Source of the DNA: a virus
Reading direction: 5' to 3' (one strand)
Length of the DNA stretch: 64,000 nucleotides
Virus record (IMG/VR): IMGVR_UViG_3300047159_000066
Shown here: piece after piece, positions 55,970 through 64,000 of the stretch
Numbering within the stretch: position 1 is the stretch's first letter
Layout of the letters: each line of letters opens with the position of its first letter
Translations under genes and position numbers: made by a program
The notes under the pieces: generated by a model
Database searches by the model: none
Told to the model about the DNA's origin: nothing
Seen by the model: only the letters and a program-made list of their open reading frames with translations

Positions 55970-57058
55970 CTATTTTATCATCTTCTCATATCTTGCCTTA
56001 AATGCAGCGGAGATCTCATCGTTTTCTTTTGGCGTCTCAGAATCATCCAGCTTTGCTTTCTTGGAATCTGACATAGTGAAGTAAGGGGCATCGATAAGGC
56101 TTGCCACTCTGTTGACGGCATCGACCGTATTCTTATGGCTGGCCTGAAGATCGGCGATTTTGACAAGTATCTTGTAGATCGGAATCTTGGATGTGGCCGC
56201 AAGCTGACGGACACGATCCCATTGGCCTTTGTTCTTAAGCTCCTGAATCACAGAAGAATAGTCATTATGAGGATACATGTGCTCGGCCTCACGGAGGGCA
56301 TTGTCATTGTTTGCCGATTTGAAGTTGTTGGCAAATCTTTCATATTCTTTTTTCCATCCAGGGGTACGGTCATCGATGTCATTTATGATGTCACGGTATT
56401 TTTTCGCGGCATTTACCTGCTTTTCCAAATAAGGATCGTCTTCATGTCCGGCGACAATAGGAAGAAGCTGCTCAAGACGATCCTTATATTCGTCTTCAGT
56501 CTGATCATAGCCAAGCTCCTTCATCTTCTTCTTTAGGAAATCAGAATAGCTTATCAGTTCACCGCTTTCGGCGCCTTCAAGGCTATTATAATATCGACGT
56601 AATTCATATCTCTGCCCTAATGTGAACTGCTGATTTGGGACATTGACGCTGGATGATACCTTATCATCTTCATCTGGATCAGTTTTGACTCCCCATTTGT
56701 TTTTATATTTATACAGGAACTCGCCAAATGTAAGAACATACATGATATTGTCGTTTTCATCATAGTAAAGAACAATTTTATCTCTGCCATGATTGAATAT
56801 GCCATAAACATCGCGCCCGCCCTGGGCGCCGTATTTTTTCATCATTCCAACAAGCAACGGGTCGATGTCGCCGAAATCGCCATTTTCCATTTTTTCGGCC
56901 TGAGCGAAAATCCAGGTCTTCATAAAATTCTCAACATGCCGGGGATCATCCGGATCCCAGGAAACCTTTATTATATCCTGGACATCCGGTGAAAAAACAA
57001 ATTTTTTGCTCGTCAGGTCGGTAAGCGCATCAACAACTCTTTCATTGATCGATCTCAT
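55970..57058 (-). CDS. Hypothetical protein with its own promoter
   Basis: TATAAT at 57079-57084 (minus strand), AAGGAG RBS. Confidence 0.7.
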   Translation of the reverse strand: MRSINERVVDALTDLTSKKFVFSPDVQDIIKVSWDPDDPRHVENFMKTWIFAQAEKMENGDFGDIDPLLVGMMKKYGAQGGRDVYGIFNHGRDKIVLYYDENDNIMYVLTFGEFLYKYKNKWGVKTDPDEDDKVSSSVNVPNQQFTLGQRYELRRYYNSLEGAESGELISYSDFLKKKMKELGYDQTEDEYKDRLEQLLPIVAGHEDDPYLEKQVNAAKKYRDIINDIDDRTPGWKKEYERFANNFKSANNDNALREAEHMYPHNDYSSVIQELKNKGQWDRVRQLAATSKIPIYKILVKIADLQASHKNTVDAVNRVASLIDAPYFTMSDSKKAKLDDSETPKENDEISAAFKARYEKMIK

Positions 57059-57113
57059 TTTCTTTTTCTCCTTAATAGATTATACGCCTAAGACGGACAG
57101 ACATATAGAATCT

Positions 57114-57593
57114 TTACGTCCCAGGGACGTCATTGGATGTGACGACGAAGATAGAAGGGACTGCCTTGGTCTTATAGAGTGCCATAAGGCTTGCGCCATA
57201 TGAGGTCTGATTCCAGAATTTGGCATCATCCGTGGTTACCATCGTGCGATCAAGATCATAGGATTTGGAGAATCCGCCGACACTTGCCTGATTGAGTATT
57301 CCACGCGTCACTCCGCCGCCGGCTATTTCACCAAGCGTAGATCCAGAAGGAGCCTGCTGCTGCTGGCCGATGAGGGTGAGATAATGGGCAATGCAAAGAG
57401 ACATCGCATATTCCCAGTCTGTCCCATAGATGGAATAGAAGATCTTGGCATTTGCCAAGGTTATCATCTTGGTGATCGCGGCGGCACCGTCTGTCGTAGC
57501 CGCATATTTGGTGAACTGAGGCATCCAAAAAACAAAATCCGATGATGTGAATGATGGATTTGTCCTATCGATAGTAATGCCTATGATCGCCAT
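57114..57593 (-). CDS. Head-tail adaptor (DUF4054-like)
   Basis: F...[27 protein letters not shown] motifs. Confidence 0.8.
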   Translation of the reverse strand: MAIIGITIDRTNPSFTSSDFVFWMPQFTKYAATTDGAAAITKMITLANAKIFYSIYGTDWEYAMSLCIAHYLTLIGQQQQAPSGSTLGEIAGGGVTRGILNQASVGGFSKSYDLDRTMVTTDDAKFWNQTSYGASLMALYKTKAVPSIFVVTSNDVPGT

Positions 57594-57604
57594 TTCAGAA
57601 TCCT

Positions 57605-58711
57605 CTAATGGAAATACTTTCTGACGAAATACTCATCGACATCCGGAATCGCTTTCTTGTAGTAGGGCTGTTCTGAATGTATCCAGTCTTTCATATCCTC
57701 AGGATTATCAAAAGGATCATGATCCATCTTGCTTGCAAGAGAATCTGAAATAGAATCTATGAAATCATGAATGGTCCATCCTTCCCATATCTCCTTATCC
57801 ATATCTATAACGGAATCCGCCTTATGGTTCTTTTTGTCAGGGACCTTTTTAAGGGAAAGGAATTCTTTTGAGGCTCCTTCGAAATCAGGGAAATAATGCC
57901 CGCTTTCCCATTCTCCGGTGGAAGAGTCATATCCGTATCCGACGCAGAACTGAGGAAGCTGCTTGGAGCTCACATCCGCAATGACTACAAACTGCGGACG
58001 ATCATTGACATTCGCGATTCTCATATCTCTTATCGGATAGCCGTTTTTCGTCACTCTCGTGAATTTGCCGTCTCCGAGATCCATGGAATCTTTCATTCTG
58101 AAAAGACGATTGAATTCTTTTTCCGCTTCCGCCTTATCCATGAAATAATGGCCGTTTTCCCATTGGCCGTCATTGACGTCATATCCGAAGCCGATGATAT
58201 ACTGCTCAGGGAAACTCTCGGTCCTTCCGTCGATCAAAGCGGTGACAAGCCCATCTGAATCCATCTTCCAGCTGATGATGGGGAATCCTTCTCTCGTCTT
58301 GAGAGCGAACGGAGCATCTGAAGAGTCATGGATGTCCTTTGATCCTGGCGCCATATTCGCCCTTGCAGGGATAACATAATCCCAATTGCAGCTGTCGCAG
58401 CAGACTCCGGTTTTTTTGATAGGCCAAGGGTTGTTGCCATAACCGGAAAATTTCTTGCCGCAGATGCAGCAGACATGTGTATTGCCGGAATCTTTCAGAT
58501 CAGTCGTGGAGGTCTCAATGACGACAGGGACCTTCATATACTTCTCACAGTATTCACGTACCTCATCCATATTCTGAAATCCGGCCAAAGTGAAATCTAT
58601 GATGCCTCTGGCATTCTGTATGTTGGCACGTCGATTTTCCATATCAGTCCCTTTGATATGTCCGTTCTCAATGTAAAGAACGTATTTCTGTTCCGCATCA
58701 TTGGTTTTCAT
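57605..58711 (-). CDS. Five-module hypothetical protein (Zn finger plus duplicated GYD..G.WE.GHYF domain)
   Basis: [14 protein letters not shown]....CCDSCN; two repeats; modules joined by xxDS linkers. Confidence 0.7.
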   Translation of the reverse strand: MKTNDAEQKYVLYIENGHIKGTDMENRRANIQNARGIIDFTLAGFQNMDEVREYCEKYMKVPVVIETSTTDLKDSGNTHVCCICGKKFSGYGNNPWPIKKTGVCCDSCNWDYVIPARANMAPGSKDIHDSSDAPFALKTREGFPIISWKMDSDGLVTALIDGRTESFPEQYIIGFGYDVNDGQWENGHYFMDKAEAEKEFNRLFRMKDSMDLGDGKFTRVTKNGYPIRDMRIANVNDRPQFVVIADVSSKQLPQFCVGYGYDSSTGEWESGHYFPDFEGASKEFLSLKKVPDKKNHKADSVIDMDKEIWEGWTIHDFIDSISDSLASKMDHDPFDNPEDMKDWIHSEQPYYKKAIPDVDEYFVRKYFH

Positions 58712-58719
58712 TTTTCAGC

Positions 58720-59238
58720 CTAGTTTCCGGTAGATTCATCAGGGAAGTTCGTAGTGACAGGATAGGTAATGCGGCCGGCAGTGAAGGACCAGCTTTGCTC
58801 TTTCGCTTTTTCATCATAGTCCTGATCAGGGATCTTCACGATATAGCAGTCATCGCAGTTGGCGATCAGATTGTTCCCGGAATAAACCTGAATGGACATG
58901 CCGCCGACAGAAAGATCATGAGACTCATACGCTTGCGAAAGCATCTGAAGCTGAATGACGGCATCAGAGACCTGACGAATGTTTATCGTCACAGTGCCAT
59001 GGCGATCAAGGGTCTTATTGTGGACCCAGGATCCGGTGGCATCGGCCTCGGTCGACCAGGTCTCAGCGGCACGAGCGACGGTTATCTGACCGACGAAAGA
59101 GCCGCTGATTCCGTCTTCTCCCGGGCCGCCTAAGGTAATGACCCTATTGCCGGATGCAGTCGTTCCGCTGACAGCCAAAAGCTGATTGGGGAATGCGATT
59201 TTGACGGTATGATCCGCTAAAGAATATCTATTGATCAT
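58720..59238 (-). CDS. Tail tube protein
   Basis: Follows the sheath gene; ADATG.W..N...GTVTINIRQVS, KIPD..Y....WSF motifs. Confidence 0.75.
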   Translation of the reverse strand: MINRYSLADHTVKIAFPNQLLAVSGTTASGNRVITLGGPGEDGISGSFVGQITVARAAETWSTEADATGSWVHNKTLDRHGTVTINIRQVSDAVIQLQMLSQAYESHDLSVGGMSIQVYSGNNLIANCDDCYIVKIPDQDYDEKAKEQSWSFTAGRITYPVTTNFPDESTGN

Positions 59239-59253
59239 ATTCTTCTCCTTTCA

Positions 59254-60369
59254 TTAGAACGCTTCGCCAGAAACTACGATCTTTCTTATAGAATAGGCAT
59301 CGGCATAGACTATATAGATGTTAGGGAAAGTATGGGCTGCAAGCTCAGCGGTCGTAAGGGTAGAGAACGGGGCAATGTAAATGATGTACCCATTGGTAAG
59401 AGGGGTATTCTGCGCGATGATCAGATCATTGTTCATATAGAGGGAATCATCGGTCCAGATCTTGGTCGTCGAAATATAGCCGTTAAGAAGATAGCGGTTA
59501 AGTTCATTCGCAATGGCGGAATTGACCGCGACGATTCCTCTGTTGTCATATTTGATCTTGGTGGAAAGAAGATTGACGAGGCGATCCTGAAGCGACTGCT
59601 GAAGCACAATCCGCATGAAAAGATTGGTGAGATCGTTTCCATTGGAATCATTGCCGCCAATATCACGGTATGCTCCTGCAAGATACGTGACGCAATTGAG
59701 ATCGTTATTGATGCAGGAAGTCACCGTGGCATTGTCATCAGTGATGATGCTGGACAAAGCATCAGGATCGGTATAAGTCTCTATGGTGAAATTGTAATCC
59801 TTTGAGGCATTGGAATCATAGATACGCATTTTGGTGTAATAGGCGGCAATCGACATTTCCGCTCCGGTTCCAAGAGCTTTGACATATTTATACACTATGC
59901 CGTCGGCTTTATCTGTCGGAGCACTATCACTTGTGGTTTCCGCAAGCACGATCTTCTGGAATGGAGTATTCGCAGTTGCAGTTCCGGCAAGAGAGCTCGG
60001 CGTGAATGCGGTATTCGTAGATGCGATGACGATGTAATTCCTAGGAAGGGTAAGGACATCCGTAAGCGTCTTAACGACAACAAGCTTGATGCCGCCGTTC
60101 TCAAAGAAAATTCGGGCATACTGTTTTATTGTGGCATTCGTTTCTGTGATTTTCGTAGATGTGGGCTGCCAATCAGTTCCAAGCGCATATCCTGTTAAAA
60201 CATCAGCGGCAATAGTATTAGCCGATGAGAAAGTATACGACGAATAAATAGCACTGTCTGCTATGGCATCGGAAGCGATCAGAACCGCCGTGTCTCTTGT
60301 GGACGATACAGAAGTCTGAAGATGCTTTTGTATGCTGATCTTAACGAAATTATCTAGACTGACACTCAT
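59254..60369 (-). CDS. Tail sheath protein (short, DUF3383-like)
   Basis: VSLDNFVKISI start; LLSTKIKYDNRG...NGYI...YADAYSIRKIVVSG end. Confidence 0.75.
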   Translation of the reverse strand: MSVSLDNFVKISIQKHLQTSVSSTRDTAVLIASDAIADSAIYSSYTFSSANTIAADVLTGYALGTDWQPTSTKITETNATIKQYARIFFENGGIKLVVVKTLTDVLTLPRNYIVIASTNTAFTPSSLAGTATANTPFQKIVLAETTSDSAPTDKADGIVYKYVKALGTGAEMSIAAYYTKMRIYDSNASKDYNFTIETYTDPDALSSIITDDNATVTSCINNDLNCVTYLAGAYRDIGGNDSNGNDLTNLFMRIVLQQSLQDRLVNLLSTKIKYDNRGIVAVNSAIANELNRYLLNGYISTTKIWTDDSLYMNNDLIIAQNTPLTNGYIIYIAPFSTLTTAELAAHTFPNIYIVYADAYSIRKIVVSGEAF

Positions 60370-60382
60370 TTCTCAGTCCTCC

Positions 60383-60928
60383 TTATTTGGCTTTGATGAT
60401 ATTCACATCATCAATGCTTCCTTCAACGTATATTTTATCGCTGATCGCCACGTCCAGTCTGGTTTCAAAGCTGATATGAAGATCACATCTCGGCCAAACG
60501 GTGTTGTTTATTATCTCATTGACGCTTTCGGGCCTGGACACGCCGTATACCCATACTCCTTCGTCCCATAAGGCCGTGACGGTCTTCGGAAGTCTGAAGT
60601 CGGCGAGTATCTTATCTGCGTATTCATGGCATTTTGTTCCATAGATCTTAAGATTGAAATCATACGGCATGACAACTCCCTGAACAGAGTCATCTTGCTG
60701 TGTCGCGCCGAATACTTCATCCTGATTCTCAGTCATTTCGAATACGATGAATGTGTTGGAAAGATCAGGCGATATTGAAATCTGCGTATTTATCATCTTC
60801 ACGACATCCGGGCCTCTGATGGAAGTGGCATTGATCACAAGGGCGCTTGCTATCCCGGTGAAACTGATGATCTCTTTTCTGACAAGGATCAGGGCGTCAT
60901 CATAGGTTATCGCTTTTATCTGTGTCAT
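60383..60928 (-). CDS. Neck / tail terminator protein
   Basis: Position; NEIINNTVWPRCDL motif. Confidence 0.6.
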   Translation of the reverse strand: MTQIKAITYDDALILVRKEIISFTGIASALVINATSIRGPDVVKMINTQISISPDLSNTFIVFEMTENQDEVFGATQQDDSVQGVVMPYDFNLKIYGTKCHEYADKILADFRLPKTVTALWDEGVWVYGVSRPESVNEIINNTVWPRCDLHISFETRLDVAISDKIYVEGSIDDVNIIKAK

Positions 60929-61335
60929 ACTATGAGATCCCCGTTAATGTATTGGAGGTATTCCTGGAAGTCATGATAATTGCTGAGATTGACCATTTTC
61001 ATTGTGGCGTGCCTGACACCCCACTCATCATAGTCATGCACCCCTTCGCAGTGAAGCCATCTGCCTTTATAGAAAATAAAATCGCCAATCTGAATACGGT
61101 ATAAGCTTTTGCAGTAAAACTCATACTGCATGTTTTCCGTATTCAGACTGGTATTCTGTGTCAAAGCAGATCCCTGACTTTGAAGAGATCCTCTGATGGT
61201 GCTTTTTTCGAAGCTTCTCGTCACCCGCCCCATATCATCGACCGCAGTTCCATTTGAAGGATACCAGTCATAATCAAAGGCGAATTCTTCGATTGCGTCA
61301 TAAAAATACGTTGGATCTATGACATGATTCTGCAT
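60925..61335 (-). CDS. Head closure / neck protein
   Basis: IRGSLQ, GDFIFYKG..., DY.EWG motifs. Confidence 0.65.
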   Translation of the reverse strand: MQNHVIDPTYFYDAIEEFAFDYDWYPSNGTAVDDMGRVTRSFEKSTIRGSLQSQGSALTQNTSLNTENMQYEFYCKSLYRIQIGDFIFYKGRWLHCEGVHDYDEWGVRHATMKMVNLSNYHDFQEYLQYINGDLIV

Positions 61336-61360
61336 CGATCATTCGCCTCCTTCCTGACGG

Positions 61361-62224
61361 CTACCTGCCGAAATAGACCTTCTCGTAATTGATTTTAGGA
61401 GTAGACCACGTAGCGGCAAGCTCTTCTACCTTATCATGGAGTTTATTGGAAAGATCTTCCAGTCCGTTGACTTTGAGGCTATAGACATAAGGAGAGTACT
61501 TTCCTTCAATGAACGCCTTTCCGTCATTCCCGTCAAGACCGCGGGAAGCAAGGTATTTAGGCCCTCTGGCGATATAGTCATCGATTTCCCCGCTGATGTT
61601 ATCGACGGCAGTGGTTATAATCTTAAGAAGATCGTTGTAAAGATCGGTATCGCCACGATCCTTCGCATATGAGATCTTATAGACGGCAGAAATGAAAGGA
61701 GCCGGAGCATAAGGAGCAGCAGATGCGCCTTTTTCATAGGCAATGGAATATTTCTTATGAGGATCATCCATAGGGCTGTCTTTGATGAACCAGTTGGTTT
61801 TTATTTTTTCAAGATCAGCATCAAGCCGTTTGATGTCATCGAGAATGGCATTATTATGCTCTTTAATGGCATAAGTCTTAAGCGCATCAATGCCATCACG
61901 GTAATTTCTGTAGATGCTCTCAAGGACTTCATGAGGATATTTTTTAGTGTAATCCGCATGTCTTGTATCGGCATCTATATCGCCTTCCATCATCTCAGAT
62001 TCAAGCTTCACTCTTTCAGGTTCGACTTTTCCGATTGCGCTGCGAAGGCCAGATCTGATGTCGCCATACTGACCGACGAGGCCATTGTCCCAGGATGCCT
62101 TAATATCGGATTTCGCATCATTGACAGCGGCAGCGGCTCTGAAAGCGGCCTGCTTCATCTCAGTATAGGATCTTCCGTCTTCCTCATCCGTCTCAACTTC
62201 ATATTTTCCGAATTTGAATTTCAT
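61361..62224 (-). CDS. Hypothetical multi-module protein in the head operon
   Basis: Located between capsid and neck genes; VNDA and IKDS motifs. Confidence 0.7.
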   Translation of the reverse strand: MKFKFGKYEVETDEEDGRSYTEMKQAAFRAAAAVNDAKSDIKASWDNGLVGQYGDIRSGLRSAIGKVEPERVKLESEMMEGDIDADTRHADYTKKYPHEVLESIYRNYRDGIDALKTYAIKEHNNAILDDIKRLDADLEKIKTNWFIKDSPMDDPHKKYSIAYEKGASAAPYAPAPFISAVYKISYAKDRGDTDLYNDLLKIITTAVDNISGEIDDYIARGPKYLASRGLDGNDGKAFIEGKYSPYVYSLKVNGLEDLSNKLHDKVEELAATWSTPKINYEKVYFGR

Positions 62225-62250
62225 TTTATCTCTTCCTTTCTTTTTACAGA

Positions 62251-62321
62251 AAAAGGGTTGGCCAGTTGCATCTCAGTCTACTATAGATCGTAGGCTATAG
62301 ACGGCTGGATCCAACCCTTTT
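62251..62321. terminator. Long interrupted hairpin downstream of the capsid gene
   Basis: AAAAGGGTTGG/CCAACCCTTTT, CCAGTTG/CGGCTGG, AGTCTAC/GTAGGCT stems. Confidence 0.55.
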
Positions 62322-62336
62322 ATTTCTTATTGCCGA

Positions 62337-63440
62337 TTACTTGGAAGTGGTGAAGTCCCAATAAGTGACGACGCCTAACGTGGCGGAATCGGTGTTGTAA
62401 GGAAGCTGAACGGCAGAAACCTGACCGACGAAAGCCGACGTATAGGACATACGATCGATATTAGGAAGAGTGATGTAATGCTGGATCGGATACGGAATAT
62501 CGATACGGACAAAGGTCTTATCCTTCTTATAGGCGACAATACGTCCCTTGCCGCTGTTCAGATCGTTAAGAGCCGGACGGCCGACGATCTGAAGCTTCAG
62601 ATCCTTGCTCTGGGCAAGTCCGAGGTTGTGATCGATGATGAACTGATATAAGGTATTGGTGTAGAGCGAAGACATACGGGAGACAAGATCCATCTGAACG
62701 AAAGTCGGAACAAGGATGGTATCAGGAAGGATCTTGATGTTCATATTGGAATTCTGAAGGTACATCTCGAAGATGCCGTTGAAGAACGAGCAGACGGCAG
62801 CATCAGACAGACCGGCGAAGCCCTTTCCGGTAGTGGCGGAGTTATCGATGGTCGTGACTTCGACCTTGTCATCGCTGTTGAATAAGCCGGTCGCACCAGC
62901 AATGCCGGTGTAAGCGACATCCTGAACGAAGAGATCCCAGCCGGCGACGATGACGTTGTTGTAGATTTCCTTCATAGACTTCTGAAGGGTCAGCTGCTTC
63001 ATCTTCTCAAGCTCAACAAAACGAAGATCATAAGCGACTTCATAGGTATAGACATTGACGCGGTTCTGATTAAGTCCGGCATTGACACGCGGGATATAAT
63101 CGACGTTGTTTCCGACGATATTCCGGTTCTGGTTCATAATGCCAGCCCAGTTGACGGTATAATACTCAACATAATCGACGAATCCGCCGCCCGTATCAAA
63201 CGGAACATCTTCCTGCCACGTGACGAAGTAAAGCGGTTCATATAAGGTCTTATGAAGCTTGGCAAGGGCGTTGGAAAGGAAAGCGAAGTTGGCATCATGG
63301 ACGCGAGCATCATTGACCATAGTATGGGCGACTCTGCTTCCATACATATCTCTTAAAGAAACGGCACTTCCACGCTTTTCGGGAGCGATAGATTCAGCGA
63401 AGAATTTATCGCCGTAATCGTGGTTAACAGTGAAACCCAT
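62337..63440 (-). CDS. Major capsid protein (DUF2184-like)
   Basis: AFLSNALAKLHKTLYEPL..VTW.EDVP, YTG...TGLFN, PDTILVP, RIVAY motifs. Confidence 0.88.
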   Translation of the reverse strand: MGFTVNHDYGDKFFAESIAPEKRGSAVSLRDMYGSRVAHTMVNDARVHDANFAFLSNALAKLHKTLYEPLYFVTWQEDVPFDTGGGFVDYVEYYTVNWAGIMNQNRNIVGNNVDYIPRVNAGLNQNRVNVYTYEVAYDLRFVELEKMKQLTLQKSMKEIYNNVIVAGWDLFVQDVAYTGIAGATGLFNSDDKVEVTTIDNSATTGKGFAGLSDAAVCSFFNGIFEMYLQNSNMNIKILPDTILVPTFVQMDLVSRMSSLYTNTLYQFIIDHNLGLAQSKDLKLQIVGRPALNDLNSGKGRIVAYKKDKTFVRIDIPYPIQHYITLPNIDRMSYTSAFVGQVSAVQLPYNTDSATLGVVTYWDFTTSK

Positions 63441-63459
63441 TGTTCAATTTCCTCCGGTG

Positions 63460-63984
63460 TTATTCAAGAACAACTTCAGCGACATACTTAGGGGCGGCGG
63501 TAGTGCCATGGTTCTCGTAGACGCCAGTGAAATAGACGTGCGGAATAAGAACGACGGTTCCATCGGCGACTTTATCGGCGGTCGTGAGCGTGCCATCCGC
63601 TAAAACAATGGCGACGCCGGCACCCTCGGCAATCTTAGCGACAGTCGCGGCAGTCGTTCCGCTGGAAACCAGCGCAATGGCGATTCCGCCTTTGAACATA
63701 CGGTTGAAAGCCTCACCCGGAAGCGTCGGAACGCTCTCGGTGGAAGCCGGCCAAGTGGACGGCATTTTGACATTGGTGGCAAGGACGAAGCCGGCGAATT
63801 TATCAATCGTTCCAGCGGTGAAAGCCGTATAACGGCCAGTCGCAGAACCAAGCATGACAGCCTGTCCAGGAACGACATTCGCCGAAGACGTATCAAGAAC
63901 GGCAGGGGCGACATCGTACTTATCACTGATGGTCGGATAGCCGGTCATCAGCATCTGAATCTGCTTATTGATGATCATTCCCAT
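63460..63984 (-). CDS. Capsid decoration / cement protein
   Basis: Immediately upstream of the capsid gene; GYPTIS, PGQAV, FAGFV, KGGIAI motifs. Confidence 0.7.
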   Translation of the reverse strand: MGMIINKQIQMLMTGYPTISDKYDVAPAVLDTSSANVVPGQAVMLGSATGRYTAFTAGTIDKFAGFVLATNVKMPSTWPASTESVPTLPGEAFNRMFKGGIAIALVSSGTTAATVAKIAEGAGVAIVLADGTLTTADKVADGTVVLIPHVYFTGVYENHGTTAAPKYVAEVVLE

Positions 63985-64000
63985 AAGTTAGTTATTTACC

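Noticed and set aside
1..64000. Stop-codon reassignment or suppressor tRNA
   Set aside because: TAA, TAG and TGA all end conserved genes at expected lengths, and the only tRNA found has anticodon TAT.

Overview
This window is 64 kb of a tailed dsDNA phage with a contractile tail. It uses the standard bacterial code and Firmicutes-style AAGGAGG ribosome-binding sites, and no integrase is visible. The minus strand at both ends carries virion genes. The left end has a baseplate J-like gene, hub, distal-tail-like gene, tape measure, tail chaperone with a probable -1 frameshift, portal and two fibre genes (1-12.4 kb). The right end has fibres, two holin-like genes with no endolysin, adaptor, tube, sheath, neck, major capsid and decoration genes (49.6-64 kb). 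The plus strand (12.5-49.6 kb) starts with an SNF2 helicase, a MoxR-AAA/VWA pair and a cassette-like early region that includes a duplicated tRNA-Ile(UAU), a Dam-family methylase, an RNAP alpha-CTD-like protein and a VRR-NUC. It continues with an iteron-rich candidate origin, SF3 helicase, TerS, ASCH/YopX paralogs, exonuclease-Sak4-SSB, prim-pol, ThyX, dUTPase, PolB and TerL. The leading candidate for an undescribed system is a set of about 10 orphan proteins whose N-termini and domain junctions carry a hydrophobic-x-D-[S/A] motif also present at the capsid N-terminus, suggesting capsid-packaged, protease-processed polyprotein cargo. Other notable signals are RBS-led xPP mini-ORFs between early cassettes, about 15 exactly spaced CGG-extended promoters, circularly permuted ASCH proteins, a 471-bp duplication enclosing foreign-looking DNA, and a distant inverted gene-fragment copy. 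All protein calls come from motif recognition by eye; no database searches were run.
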